Origin: Candidatus Eiseniibacteriota bacterium
GTDB taxonomy: Bacteria > Arandabacterota > Arandabacteria > Arandabacterales > Arandabacteraceae
NCBI GenBank assembly: GCA_043810925.1
Contig: JBDRNT010000069.1
Span: 64,001 to 128,000, forward strand
Direction: 5' to 3'
DNA: 64,000 nt
The position numbers were made by a program, and so were the translations under genes. The notes beneath the pieces are model-generated. The model was given only the letters and a program-made list of their open reading frames with translations. It was not told the origin of the DNA and did not search any database. Within the stretch, counting starts at the first letter, position 1, and every line of letters starts with the position of its first letter. Below are positions 48,689 through 59,218 of this stretch, piece after piece.

Positions 48689-49161
48689 GAAGTCTCCCCG
48701 CTCTCCTCGATCTCTTCAAGATAACGCTTCACACACCGCCCCGTCAAAGGATGAACAAGATCCGGGGCTATTTCCGCCAGTGGTGCCAGGACGAAGGCGC
48801 GTTCGCAAATGTGGGGATGAGGGATCGTGATGTCCTCCTCACTGACGACCTCACTGCCGTAGAGGAGGATGTCGATATCGATCCGTCTCGGGCCCCACCT
48901 GGCCCCCTTTCGTCTACCCAGCTCCCGCTCGATGCCCTTGACCCTGGTAAGCAGTTCCTTTGGGCTCAAGCCGGTATCCACCTCGGCCACGGCATTCACG
49001 AAATCAGGCTGGTTCTCATTGCCCCAGGGCCTGGTCTCGTACATACCTGACAGTCTCCTCACCACTATGTCTCCCCCGCGACCGAGACAGGCGACCGCCC
49101 TGGTGATCATGCCTACCCTGTCACTGACATTGCTTCCGAGCCCAAGGTAACACTGAACCAA
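48667..49161 (-). CDS. folK: 6-hydroxymethyl-7,8-dihydropterin pyrophosphokinase
   Basis: YLGLGSN, QPDFVNAV, WGPRRIDIDILLY, IPHP...RAFVLAPL. Confidence 0.95.
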   Translation of the reverse strand: MVQCYLGLGSNVSDRVGMITRAVACLGRGGDIVVRRLSGMYETRPWGNENQPDFVNAVAEVDTGLSPKELLTRVKGIERELGRRKGARWGPRRIDIDILLYGSEVVSEEDITIPHPHICERAFVLAPLAEIAPDLVHPLTGRCVKRYLEEIEESGETSWRNLDT

Positions 49162-49165
49162 TGCG

Positions 49166-49537
49166 CTAGTCCTCGCGGAGTCTCCTGATCTCTACGGCAA
49201 TCGACGCCACCCCGGTGGCAATGGGGAGATTGACCTTCTTCACCCTGACCATCACCTCGACCGGGCGGAACTTCTCAAGGACCCTGGCGGCGATATCCGC
49301 CGCAAGGCTCTCAAGAAGAAGGAACTCCTCGTCACCGGCGATCCTCTCCACCAGGGTGCACACCGCTTCGTAATTGACCGTCTTGCGAAGATCATCACCC
49401 GCTATCGCGTCTGCGAGATCAAGATAGAGCTCAAGATCTATGATAAGCCGCTGGCCTACCTGCCGTTCGGCTTCATCAACGCCGTGGTGACCGAGCACAT
49501 TGATGCCCTCGATCGTTATCTTGTCAAGACCGCTCAT
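49166..49537 (-). CDS. folB: Dihydroneopterin aldolase
   Basis: GHHGV..ER..GQ, TVNY, LLESLA; start revised to ATG 49537. Confidence 0.92.
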   Translation of the reverse strand: MSGLDKITIEGINVLGHHGVDEAERQVGQRLIIDLELYLDLADAIAGDDLRKTVNYEAVCTLVERIAGDEEFLLLESLAADIAARVLEKFRPVEVMVRVKKVNLPIATGVASIAVEIRRLRED

Positions 49538-50694
49538 GTCATCCAACGCTCGCTCACCTTCTGTATTCGTTCCATCGCCGTCTTGATCCTGTCGGTGGGA
49601 CACGTCACAGAAATTCTGAAGTAGCCCTCACCACACTCTCCGAAACCTACCCCGGGGGCGACAAGGACGCCGGCCTCTTCGAGGATCGTCGTGGCGAAAC
49701 CAATTGATGTCTCCTCGCCGGGTACTTTCGCCCAGATATAGAGTGTCGCCGGTGAGTTGTGGTACTCAAGCCCGCAGGTCTCGAGGCACTTGCGGATCAA
49801 CGATCTTCGCAACGTGTACTCGTGTTTGATCCCGGCCATCGCCGGCCATGCGTTCTCTATGGCTTCTGCCGCAGCCAGCAGGACGGCACCGAACACCCCG
49901 GAATCGATGTTCGACTTGAGCGCGCCCAGAGCGCTTATTATCCTTTCGTTTCCCGCTGCGAACCCAACTCGCCAGCCGGCCATCCCGAAGGTCTTCGAAA
50001 GCGAATGAAACTCAACCGCGAGCTCTCCGGCACGCGGCACCTCAAGCAGGCTCCGGGACTGATACCCGTCAAAAGTCGTCTCCGAATACGCGGCATCGCT
50101 GACGACGATGGCGTTCGCCTCTCGGGCACGGTCGACGATCGCTTCATAGAAATCGATCTCGGCAACCGCAGATGTGGGGTTATTGGGATAATTCAGATAG
50201 ACCAGCCGCCGGTCACGCATCTCGAGCGATTCTGTATCGGGGAGATAGCCGGTTCCCGCACGAAGCGGCATCCACTCCACCCGGCCACCCGCAAACCACA
50301 CACCTCTTGAATACACGGGATATCCCGGATCGGGTACGAGGGCCACATCGCCGGGATCAAGAACCGCCAGCGGCAGATGGGCGATCCCCTCCTTGGTCCC
50401 GATCACAGGCATGATCTCGCTGGACGGGTCAAGATCGACGCCGAACCGCTCAGCCATCCATCCGGATACGGTCTGATTGAAGGTCTCAACAGCCCAGTAT
50501 GGCGTATAGCAGTGAAGCCTCCTATCGGCGGCGTGCCTGCAAAGAGCTTCTATGACGCAGGCCGGAGCACCGAGATCGGGATCTCCGATCGAAAGATCGA
50601 TCACGTCAATCCCCTCGGCCGCCTTTTGTCTCCGTTTCACCGCAAGATCCTCAAAGAGATAGACCGGCAGGTCGCGGAGCCGTTTCGACTTCAT
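49534..50694 (-). CDS. PLP-dependent class I aminotransferase (LL-DAP aminotransferase-like)
   Basis: LSIGDPD, GTKEGIAH, NYPNNPT, DAAY, SLSKTFGMAGWRVG. Confidence 0.88.
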   Translation of the reverse strand: MKSKRLRDLPVYLFEDLAVKRRQKAAEGIDVIDLSIGDPDLGAPACVIEALCRHAADRRLHCYTPYWAVETFNQTVSGWMAERFGVDLDPSSEIMPVIGTKEGIAHLPLAVLDPGDVALVPDPGYPVYSRGVWFAGGRVEWMPLRAGTGYLPDTESLEMRDRRLVYLNYPNNPTSAVAEIDFYEAIVDRAREANAIVVSDAAYSETTFDGYQSRSLLEVPRAGELAVEFHSLSKTFGMAGWRVGFAAGNERIISALGALKSNIDSGVFGAVLLAAAEAIENAWPAMAGIKHEYTLRRSLIRKCLETCGLEYHNSPATLYIWAKVPGEETSIGFATTILEEAGVLVAPGVGFGECGEGYFRISVTCPTDRIKTAMERIQKVSERWMT

Positions 50695-50729
50695 CCCATC
50701 TTCAGTCGACTTCACGTTACCCGGCCTTT

Positions 50730-51473
50730 TCAAGGCTTATTCTTGTCAAAAAAGACCTTGAAAAGGTCTATGGGAATCGGGAAAAGCGTCGTTGAATTGT
50801 TCTCGGACGCGACCTCTCTGAGCGTCTGCAGATACCTCAGCTGGAGGGCCTCCGGATGCGCGCTTATCACCTTGGCGGCCTCCGTAAGCTTCTCCGATGC
50901 CTGGAGCTCGCCCAGCGCGTTAATCACCTTGGCACGCCGTTCCCTCTCGGCCTCCGCCTGCCTTGCCATCGCCCGCTGCATCTCAACCGGGAGATCCACG
51001 TGCTTGACCTCTACGTTCGAGACCTTTATGCCCCACGGGTCCGTGTGCTTGTCCAGGATCTGCTGGAGCTGGCTGTTGATCTTCTCCCTGTTTGTCAGAA
51101 GATCGTCGAGCTCGCCTACCCCGAGGACACTTCGAAGCGTGGTCTGCGCAAGCTGGGAAGTCGCGTACATGTAGTCCTCTACCTCGGTCACCGCCCTGTT
51201 GGGATCCATCACCCTGAAGTAGACCACGGCGTTCACCTTGACCGACACATTGTCCTTGGTGATCACATCCTGGGGGGGTACGTCCATCACCACCATACGC
51301 AGGCTGACCTTGACCATACGGTCCACGATGGGGATGAGGAGTATGAGTCCCGGTCCTTTAGAAGACATGAGACGCCCTAGCCTGAAAATCACGCCGCGTT
51401 CGTACTCCCTCAGGACTCTTATTGCATTGACAAGTATGAAGAGGATCACAAATCCCACCGCAATCAACGCCAT
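50730..51473 (-). CDS. Slipin (SPFH/band 7) protein
   Basis: [39 protein letters not shown]. Confidence 0.93.
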   Translation of the reverse strand: MALIAVGFVILFILVNAIRVLREYERGVIFRLGRLMSSKGPGLILLIPIVDRMVKVSLRMVVMDVPPQDVITKDNVSVKVNAVVYFRVMDPNRAVTEVEDYMYATSQLAQTTLRSVLGVGELDDLLTNREKINSQLQQILDKHTDPWGIKVSNVEVKHVDLPVEMQRAMARQAEAERERRAKVINALGELQASEKLTEAAKVISAHPEALQLRYLQTLREVASENNSTTLFPIPIDLFKVFFDKNKP

Positions 51474-51474
51474 C

Positions 51475-52773
51475 TTACTCCCTCCTTCCGGGCTCCTCAG
51501 CGGAGCCAGCCGGCCTGACCTCAGGTCTGAGGCCTGTCATCGACACAACCACAACCTCATCCCCTTTGGCTATTCTCTCACTGCTGGCCACCGTCCAGAG
51601 CTCTCCATGGATGAATGCCTGCCCCGTCCGGTCGATATCGGTAGTCGCCACGCCCCGCTCGCCGATCAGCCCCTCCATGCCCGTAGCCGGCTTCCTTCTC
51701 TGGGCTCTCAGACCCGCACCCACGGCAAGGGCAAAAAAGGCGGCCGTCGCGATCACAGCGGGGATTATAACCTTGAATGATATCCTCAGGAAGGGAAGCG
51801 GTGATTCAATCAGCATCAGTGAACCAAAGAACATGGCGACCGCACCTCCAATGGTCAAAAGCCCGCCGCTCGTGACCCAGATCTCGGTCAGGAAGAACGC
51901 CACGGCAAGCAGTATGAGCAGCACCCCTGCGTAGTTGATGGGCAGCATCTGGAATGAGAAGAACGCAAGTACAAGGAAGATGGCTCCTATAACCCCGGGG
52001 AAGATCGAACCGGGATTGGAAAGCTCAAAGAAAAGACCGTAAAAGCCCAGTATCATCAGCATGTAGGCGACATTGGGATTTGAGAGTATGTTAAGCAGCC
52101 TGTAGCGAAGACCCATCTCTATTCTCTTTACCGCGACATCCCGTGTATTCAGGGTACCGCCCTTGACCTCATCGATTTCTTTTCCGTCGACCGCCTCAAG
52201 GAGTTCCGCCAGATCGTCGACAACCACGTCGATGATGCCCAATTCCAGTGCTTCCTCGGCCGTGGCAGTCGCACTTCCACGCACAGCCTCCTCGGCCCAC
52301 TCCTCATTGCGGCCCCGCTTCGCCGCCAGGCTCTTGATATACGATGCACTGTCATTGACGATCTTATCCATCGTCTTCTCGTCCACCTCGGCCTCTCCGA
52401 TGGTGACGGGATGGGCGGCGCCTATGGATGTACCGGTGGCCATACCCACGGCATCGGCGCTCATGGCGATGAATACTCCTGCCGATGCGCACCTCGCGCC
52501 GCTCGGTGAAACGTAGATCACCACTGGTACTTCTGAGGCAAGTATGCTCTGGATTATGGCCCGCATTGATGTGTCAAGCCCACCGGGTGTGTCGAGTTCG
52601 ATCACCAGACACACCGCTACGGCATCCTCGGCCCGTTGGATCTCCTGGGAAATATAGCGTGCAGCTACAGGGCCGATCGGTCCCTCGACCACAATAACGT
52701 GCGCCTCACCGGCCGAGGCCGCCCCCGGGAACAGGAGCCACAATGCAAGTGCAAGAAGCAGGACATGTTTCAC
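51475..52773 (-). CDS. nfeD: NfeD-family membrane-bound serine protease
   Basis: [20 protein letters not shown] region, C-terminal OB fold GELW; paired with slipin. Confidence 0.92.
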   Translation of the reverse strand: MKHVLLLALALWLLFPGAASAGEAHVIVVEGPIGPVAARYISQEIQRAEDAVAVCLVIELDTPGGLDTSMRAIIQSILASEVPVVIYVSPSGARCASAGVFIAMSADAVGMATGTSIGAAHPVTIGEAEVDEKTMDKIVNDSASYIKSLAAKRGRNEEWAEEAVRGSATATAEEALELGIIDVVVDDLAELLEAVDGKEIDEVKGGTLNTRDVAVKRIEMGLRYRLLNILSNPNVAYMLMILGFYGLFFELSNPGSIFPGVIGAIFLVLAFFSFQMLPINYAGVLLILLAVAFFLTEIWVTSGGLLTIGGAVAMFFGSLMLIESPLPFLRISFKVIIPAVIATAAFFALAVGAGLRAQRRKPATGMEGLIGERGVATTDIDRTGQAFIHGELWTVASSERIAKGDEVVVVSMTGLRPEVRPAGSAEEPGRRE

Positions 52774-52842
52774 TCGGACACCTCGAACATTTCTTCAGGT
52801 GGAGTATCCATCATTCCAGAGGCAGAGTCAACAACAGCTTTG

Positions 52843-53388
52843 TCAGAGACCGAGCTCCTCCGAGACACTCTGCATGGCCCTAAGTCCAATAGTAACAAAC
52901 TCATCGAGTTCAAGACCCAGCCCCTCACACGACCTGATCTGGTCCCGGTCGGCACCCGCCGCAAACCGCTTTTCCTTGAATCTATTGAGCACGAACTCCG
53001 GCGTCACTCCGCTCAGTTTCTTATCAGGATGCATGAGTGCGGCAGCGACGATGAGCCCTGTAAGCGGGTCGGCCGCGAAAAGCGCCTTATCAAGCATCGT
53101 CTCCCTGGGAACGTGCCCGGCATGAGATTCGACCGCCCGGGTCACGTCGTCTTCCACGCCCATGTCTCTTAAGTATGCCGCGCCGAGTTTGCCGTGCCTC
53201 TCGGGGTCCTTCACGGTTTCATCGTAGTCGAGATCGTGCACCAGTCCGGCCAGGGCCCACTTGCTGTCGTCCTCCCCAAGCCTGAGGGCGAGCGCCTTCA
53301 TCACAGCCTCAACGGCAATCATGTGCTTTATCAGCCGGTCGTTCGTCACACGGGATTTCACAACCTCCATCGCTTCTTGCCTGTTCAA
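52843..53388 (-). CDS. HD-domain (HDIG) hydrolase
   Basis: KHMIAVE, GLVHDLD, ADPLTGL, FAAGADR. Confidence 0.88.
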   Translation of the reverse strand: MNRQEAMEVVKSRVTNDRLIKHMIAVEAVMKALALRLGEDDSKWALAGLVHDLDYDETVKDPERHGKLGAAYLRDMGVEDDVTRAVESHAGHVPRETMLDKALFAADPLTGLIVAAALMHPDKKLSGVTPEFVLNRFKEKRFAAGADRDQIRSCEGLGLELDEFVTIGLRAMQSVSEELGL

Positions 53389-53402
53389 AACGCTCCTCCT
53401 TT

Positions 53403-55484
53403 CTACACGACTACCGTTCTCCCCTCGGTCATGCTGGTCACGGCGTCAATCCACATCCGCCACTCGGGTGAGGTATCTCCACCACGTATGCGTTCGAATG
53501 CCTCCTCCCGTGCCCTGAGCATCAGGTCCGTATCATCCGGCAGACGGGTGAACTTGAGGTCGGGCACGCCATGCTGCCGGGTGCCTACCAGGTCCCCGGG
53601 CCCGCGAAAAACAAGGTCGCTTTCCGCTATTTCAAAACCGTCGAACGTGGATTCGAGGACTGCGATCCGGGCGCGGGCTTTTTCACTCGCAGCTTCGGAC
53701 ACTATGAAATACGAAAGCGAATCCGAACTCGTTCTTGCGACACGTCCCCTCATCTGGTGGAGCTGGCTCAACCCGAACCTTTCAGCCTGCTCGACAACGA
53801 GAATCGTCGCCGCCGGGATGTCCATACCCACCTCAATAACGGTTGTAGCCACCACAAGACCTATCTTGTTTGCGCGAAAACCCCCTATGATCTCAAGGCG
53901 TCTGTCACGCTCGGTTCTTCCCGTAAGAACCTCGACCCGCCGGTCTTTGCCCAGCAGAGCCTGCATCTCCTTTTTCACGGTCTTTACATCGATGAGCCCG
54001 GCCTCGCCCTGCTCGAGCGAAGGACATACGTGAAATGCCTGTCTGCCCCCGCATATCATGGCCGCAACCTCTTTGAGTACACGCGGCCTCCGACTGCTTG
54101 CGACCGAATGCGACGTGTGAGTCCCCCTGCCGGGCGGCATATCGGCGATCGTGGTCACGTCGAGGTCGCCGTAAGCCGTCAGTGCCAGCGTTCGTGGTAT
54201 TGGAGTCGCGCTCACGACAATCAGGTTTGCCTGGGGGGCCTTCCCCACCAGCCTGGTTCTCTGGAGAACTCCGAACCGCTGCTCCTCATCGACTATGACC
54301 AGCTCGAGATCCTCAAAGCGGGTCTTCTCACCGATAAGCGCATGGGTCCCCACAACTGCGTTGAGTGTCCCACCGGCCAGAGCCTCACGCGTCCGGTCCA
54401 TTTCATCGACGGGCATGCTCCCGGTGAGTATACCGGTCTTAAAACCGAAGGGAGCGAGGAATGCCTTGAGCGTGCCGTAGTGCTGCTCGGCAAGGATCTC
54501 GGTCGGACACATCAGGGCAACCTGCCCGCCCGTATCGCATACGACCGCCGCAGCCAGCCCCGCCACAACCGTCTTCCCGCAACCCACGTCACCTTGAAGC
54601 AATCTGCGCATGGGATACCGGTCTGCGATGTCCGCCGTGATCTGACCCAGGGCCTCGACCTGTGCCCCCGTGAGTTCAAAGGGAAGGTCGCCTGAGAATC
54701 TGTCGATCACATCATGCACGTCCCGGGTCCGGGAGCCGGTGCCTTTGCGCTCAAGACGTGAAAGCGCAAACAACGTCTGGAAAAGCAGGACCTCATCGAA
54801 AGCCAGGCGTCGTCTGGCGGCTTCCGCCTCCGTTGCACCCGGAGGAAAGTGAAGATGTCTGACCGCGCTCTTAAGCGGGATCAGATCGAGCTTGTTTCTT
54901 ATCACCCCGGGCACATGGTCGACGGCACCGTCAAGATGGCTGTCAACTGCACTCTTGACCAGTGTCCTCAACTGTTTCTGACCCAGGCCGGGTCGGGTAC
55001 CATATACGGGAACCAGTCTTCCCGTGTGGAGAAGCTCGCCTCTCATCGGCTCATACTCGGGATGCACGAGTGACTTTCCGAATCCGTCGACCTGGACCGT
55101 CCCGCTGAAAACGAACGTATCCCCCTGATGGAACACGTTTCGAAGATAGGGCTGGTTGAACCAGACACATCGCATCCGGCCGGTGGCGTCTTCGACATGG
55201 ACGATGAAGAGCCGCTTGCCCTTGGCGGGCTTGATCTCGGTCCTCTCGACCTTGCCTATGACGCTCTGGATCTCACCCCCGCGGAGCTCTGCGATGCTTG
55301 AGAATGATGCCCTGTCGATATACCGGCGCGGCGGGTAGACGAGAAGATCCCCTACTGTCTTAAGACAGAGTTCGCTCAGGAGTCTCTCGCGCTTTTCACC
55401 TACACCAGGAAGTGTCCGGATGCCCGAGGCAAGTGAAGGCTGAGCATCACTACGCTTCCGGGGTCTCCTTTGAGAAGAGCTCAT
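53403..55484 (-). CDS. recG: ATP-dependent DNA helicase RecG
   Basis: LQGDVGCGKT, PTEILAEQH, DEEQRFG, SATPIPRTL, QLHQMRGRV, RGPGD. Start uncertain. Confidence 0.95.
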   Translation of the reverse strand: MSSSQRRPRKRSDAQPSLASGIRTLPGVGEKRERLLSELCLKTVGDLLVYPPRRYIDRASFSSIAELRGGEIQSVIGKVERTEIKPAKGKRLFIVHVEDATGRMRCVWFNQPYLRNVFHQGDTFVFSGTVQVDGFGKSLVHPEYEPMRGELLHTGRLVPVYGTRPGLGQKQLRTLVKSAVDSHLDGAVDHVPGVIRNKLDLIPLKSAVRHLHFPPGATEAEAARRRLAFDEVLLFQTLFALSRLERKGTGSRTRDVHDVIDRFSGDLPFELTGAQVEALGQITADIADRYPMRRLLQGDVGCGKTVVAGLAAAVVCDTGGQVALMCPTEILAEQHYGTLKAFLAPFGFKTGILTGSMPVDEMDRTREALAGGTLNAVVGTHALIGEKTRFEDLELVIVDEEQRFGVLQRTRLVGKAPQANLIVVSATPIPRTLALTAYGDLDVTTIADMPPGRGTHTSHSVASSRRPRVLKEVAAMICGGRQAFHVCPSLEQGEAGLIDVKTVKKEMQALLGKDRRVEVLTGRTERDRRLEIIGGFRANKIGLVVATTVIEVGMDIPAATILVVEQAERFGLSQLHQMRGRVARTSSDSLSYFIVSEAASEKARARIAVLESTFDGFEIAESDLVFRGPGDLVGTRQHGVPDLKFTRLPDDTDLMLRAREEAFERIRGGDTSPEWRMWIDAVTSMTEGRTVVV

Positions 55485-55674
55485 TGAGCTCCTTCACGAT
55501 AGGGTCAGGGTCGATCCCATGCATACGGGCGCCCTGCTCTATGGATTCCTGGGTCGCTCCCATGCAGGCTATACAGCCGAGATTGTATTTCATGAACACC
55601 TGTATGGCATCCGGATGCGACTTGAGGACCTCTTCGATAATCGTATCTTTGGTTATCTCCACGGCTTCCTCCAT
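55450..55674 (-). CDS. DUF1858-like small protein
   Basis: ITKDTIIEEVL..HP...VF...GCIAC...ESIEQGARMHGID. Confidence 0.8.
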   Translation of the reverse strand: MEEAVEITKDTIIEEVLKSHPDAIQVFMKYNLGCIACMGATQESIEQGARMHGIDPDPIVKELNELFSKETPEA

Positions 55675-55708
55675 GGTAAATTGGTATGACTCTGATCACC
55701 TTTTGTTC

Positions 55709-55737
55709 AAAATAGCAGGTTGCCCGGCTCCTGTCAA
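55709..55737 (-). promoter_or_regulatory. Sigma70-type promoter
   Basis: TTGACA-17-TATTTT with TGn extension. Confidence 0.55.
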
Positions 55738-55748
55738 TGGGGTTAAGC

Positions 55749-57144
55749 TCATCCACCGGGTCCGAACATCGGGACGACGGCCCGTATCCCTCTGGTCGCG
55801 TCGTAAGCGCCGAGCACATCTTCCTGATCCGTCTCCCCCGGCAGCAGAATATCAATGAATGCAGGATTGCCATGACTGAAGTTGCCACCGCTTATCAGGA
55901 CAGGGTGCTTATCCCTGACCGGCATCGGGCCGCCGAAAAAGTTCATTGTGCGATCGCTCACAAGACCTACTCCTACGAAATACAGCCAGTCACTCTCCGG
56001 CTCGCCGATCAAGGCAACCGGGAGTGAGAACTCCAGAGTCTTCTCATCCTTCTTGAGGATATCGTCCGAAAGGTCCCCGGTGGCATAGAACACCTTCCCG
56101 AAACTGTCCGACAGGGTCACGCCGAAACCGGCGCTCAGTTTGAGGTCATACCCGAGACCTCGCTCGAATTCCACGTCGTGGCAGATCGGCTGAAGACGTC
56201 GCGGGCCTTTCTCACCACGCTTTATCGCGATCACCACACCCGGTGCGAATCTCTCATCAGTGAACTGGTAAGAGATGGGACCAGTCATGTTCTGAAACTT
56301 CACCCTGAAGTAGACATGGGCGGAGTCCCGCAAGACTTTTCGAACGCATCCCCCAATTCCGTGCCCTTCACGAGTTCGTCACAGACCTGTCTAAGTCTGG
56401 TGATGCCGAATGCGTCGATTGCAGACCTCATGAACGAGCCGGCTTCCTGGTATGTAATGTAGCTCGATCGCAGGAAACCGGTGTCTCCCATCGTGCGCAA
56501 CGACTCAAGCCCGATGAAGGACGGGTCATCGATGAGGTTCCGTGTCTGAACCAGGGCAAACCCCGGGTTCTGGTAGGTAGTGCCGCCGAAAGCAACGGCA
56601 TAACCCTCACAGAACGCGGCATTGACACACGGGATTCCAGCTATAGCCGTCAGGACATGCATAACCTCGTGCGGGTTATTGAAAGACGTGGACACCGCTA
56701 CGTTGAACCACGGAGGATCGTTGGGACGGTCCGACTTCTGGACAACCGCGTATCCGTTCGCCGGCGGGAAACAGACCAGTCTGCCGGACTCCTCCGGTGA
56801 TGCGACCTTATAAAATTCGATTCGCCTTTGGAGCTCGATTTCGAGGGCATCGAGCATCCTGGCGCACTCCAGATCCATGCGCTCGATTTCATCCATGTGG
56901 AGGTTGATATCGACATACGCCGGATAGCGGAATACAAGATGCTCCGTTTCATAATGATCCCACTCCCGGGTCACAACATCGACCGGATTGCCGAGGACCC
57001 ACTTGCCGTCTTCCCGAACGACATAGTAGTGCATCTCGTGTCGCACCTCGTCAAGCCAGTCGAAGTCGATCACGTTGTAGCCGTTCTCGGGGCGCACGCC
57101 TTTGATCTCGTAGTCCACGCCCGAATCCCGATTGATTTGATCAA
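55749..57144 (-). pseudogene. Probable decayed gene: HEXXH peptidase-like region plus glucodextranase DOMON-like C-terminal fragment
   Basis: SD GGAGG plus TTG 57144 (MIKSIGIR...) is out of frame with ORF 56300-57118 (HEVMH...EGYA), which overlaps out of frame with ORF 55749-56333; the latter begins mid-domain (RDSAHVYFRVKF) without an SD. Confidence 0.55.
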
Positions 57145-57161
57145 GCCGTCTATCCCTCCGC

Positions 57162-57719
57162 TTACACCATGTTGTACCTGAAACAGCTTATGACATGATC
57201 GTTCACCATCCCGACGGCCTGCATAAAGGCATAGCAGATGGTCGGGCCGACAAACCTGAAACCGCGCTTCTTAAGATCCTTGCTCAGGGCCCGTGACTCA
57301 TCCGTCTCGCTCGGGATCTCGCTTAAGCGGCGCCATCTGTTTCGCCTGGGTTTCCCACCGATGAACCTCCAGACATATGCGTCGAAGCTGCCGAATTCCT
57401 TCTGGACGGTGAGAAACGACCGGGCGTTCTGAACCGCAGCTTCGACCTTTAGCCGGTTCCGGACTATGCCGGGATCTTCCAGAAGCCGCTCAATCTTGCC
57501 GCGGTCGTACCTGGCCACTTTGCGCGGATCGAAACCGCTGAAAGCCTTGCGGTAGTTGTCGCGCTTCTTAAGAATGGTTTCCCAGCTGAGCCCGGCCTGC
57601 GCCCCCTCCAGGATAAGGAATTCAAAGAGCACGTGATCGTCATGCGCCGGAACCCCCCACTCATTGTCATGATAATCGAGTCCCGGTCCTTGAGTTCCCC
57701 AGGCACACCGTTTCTTCAT
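57162..57719 (-). CDS. tag: DNA-3-methyladenine glycosylase I
   Basis: RCAW, YHDNEWG, LEGAQAGLSW, IVRNRLK, GMVNDH...C; start revised to ATG 57719. Confidence 0.95.
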   Translation of the reverse strand: MKKRCAWGTQGPGLDYHDNEWGVPAHDDHVLFEFLILEGAQAGLSWETILKKRDNYRKAFSGFDPRKVARYDRGKIERLLEDPGIVRNRLKVEAAVQNARSFLTVQKEFGSFDAYVWRFIGGKPRRNRWRRLSEIPSETDESRALSKDLKKRGFRFVGPTICYAFMQAVGMVNDHVISCFRYNMV

Positions 57720-57756
57720 GTCCAATCCTCCTCCGGCCTCGTCATCTTGCTCGGGT

Positions 57757-58794
57757 TCACCTGCAGGTGAGGAGCGAGTTATTTTCGACAAACTCATAGA
57801 TGACTTTTGCAGCAAGCTCATGTGCGAACACGCTCGGATGAAAATCCCGGGACGTCACACTGATATCTTCAGGCGGGTATTGAGAGTATACGTCATACAT
57901 GTCAATCACGTGGAACCCGCTCTCGCTTCCCGCATCCAGAACCTGTTCGTGAAGGTCAAGATACGGATAGTCAGACCACGACTGCGGTTTTGTGACGGGA
58001 AACACCACAAGGACAACCGGAGCATTATGCGCTTGTGCCAGATCCTTCATCTCGTCGAAGGCGTCGACAACGCTCCTCCACTTTCTCTGATTCTTCGCAT
58101 GCAGGTACCGGTAGTAGTCTCCCTCGCCAAAACGTTTAATGTCCCACTCCAGCTTGGTACTCGCCGCCAGTCTCAGGATGTTCAAGTGCTGCCACCACTG
58201 GGGTTCGCTGAAATAACCGTGAAGCGGTTGCACCGGGTCGATCTCAGGATCATTCAACACATATCCTACGATTATCAGCGAAGGTCTCCAATCCGATACA
58301 ACGTGTCTGAGCACTATGGCCTCTTCCCTGGTGGCATAACCACCGACTCCGAGATTCAGAACCTGGACGGGTTTGTCTCCAACCTGACCGGCCAGCAATT
58401 CCTCCAGTACACTCGGATATGCCGCTTCTCCGGGAACAGCGTACCCGAACGTAAAGGAGTCTCCCAGAACAAGCACGTTGCATGCGGTTGTGTCGCTTGG
58501 CGGGAGCGGCTCAGAGTCCCGCATGCCGTAGCTGTTGGTGACTATCATCTCCCCCAAGAAGCGTGTCTCCTTATCCGGGATCAGCTCATAGCACAACCCC
58601 GGAATCGACGAACGCCTGTACATAAGGGATCGTTTGTCGATCACCCGCCGCGTCCAGCGCTCAGGCGTCGGGTTAAGGGGCCTTCTGAACCGGATGGGAT
58701 GAAACAGACTGAGACCCAGCTCGACCAGTACCAGCGTGACGATGACTGAGACAAGTGATAGAAACAGATTGCTCCTGAGAGTGCCGGCCGTCAA
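57757..58794 (-). CDS. Membrane-anchored SGNH/GDSL hydrolase-family protein
   Basis: N-terminal TM, TNSYGMRD, LGDSFTFG, NLGVGGY, LND, DFHPS. Confidence 0.85.
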   Translation of the reverse strand: MTAGTLRSNLFLSLVSVIVTLVLVELGLSLFHPIRFRRPLNPTPERWTRRVIDKRSLMYRRSSIPGLCYELIPDKETRFLGEMIVTNSYGMRDSEPLPPSDTTACNVLVLGDSFTFGYAVPGEAAYPSVLEELLAGQVGDKPVQVLNLGVGGYATREEAIVLRHVVSDWRPSLIIVGYVLNDPEIDPVQPLHGYFSEPQWWQHLNILRLAASTKLEWDIKRFGEGDYYRYLHAKNQRKWRSVVDAFDEMKDLAQAHNAPVVLVVFPVTKPQSWSDYPYLDLHEQVLDAGSESGFHVIDMYDVYSQYPPEDISVTSRDFHPSVFAHELAAKVIYEFVENNSLLTCR

Positions 58795-58905
58795 ACCTTT
58801 GTCACCTCGTCTAGTAGCGTCGCTCTACCGCCTGAGACCACCGTCGTCACTGACGTCCGGATTCCGATACCACGGCCTTACCGGCGGCCTTACTGCATCT
58901 ATGCG

Positions 58906-58934
58906 ACTGTAGCCGCAGAAGACCGGGGTGTCAA
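58906..58934 (-). promoter_or_regulatory. Sigma70-type promoter of the SGNH gene
   Basis: TTGACA-17-TACAGT. Confidence 0.55.
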
Positions 58935-58946
58935 TATGCACGGGGG

Positions 58947-59196
58947 CCGGGAAGCCTCTTGGGACGCGACGGCGACCAGTGGAACCCGCCGGCGCAGCCC
59001 TCTGGAACGCAAGCGAATGCCTCACCTTGAGCAAGCGGGCCAAAGGGCGCGCCGACACCCCCATAACCCAAGGGTGTGCGGAGACCGGGAAGCCTCCTGG
59101 GACCCGACGGCGCGACCAGTGGAACCCGCCGGCGCAGCCCTCTGGAACGCAAGCGAATGTCCCACCTTGAGCAAGCGGGCCGGAGGGCGCGCCGAC
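58947..59196 (+). repeat. Tandem pair of ~110-bp direct repeats (copies C 58947-59056 and D 59085-59196) of the structured repeat family
   Basis: Near-identical units with cores at 59008 and 59148 (140-bp period). Confidence 0.9.
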
Positions 59197-59218
59197 GTCC
59201 ACCACCCTCTTAAATGGG

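Noticed and set aside
47221..49537. Deoxynucleoside kinase within folB-folK-panB-panC as a novelty
   Set aside because: The folK-kinase-panB neighbourhood is a familiar conserved arrangement.
50730..52773. NfeD-slipin pair as a new system
   Set aside because: A well-known conserved gene pair.
57718..58749. 343-aa + strand ORF (likewise 53571-54695, 61766-62653, 62658-63815, 12876-13712)
   Set aside because: Antisense shadows of well-supported minus-strand genes, expected at this GC content.
58947..59196. CRISPR array
   Set aside because: Only two ~110-bp units, far longer than CRISPR repeats, and no cas genes.
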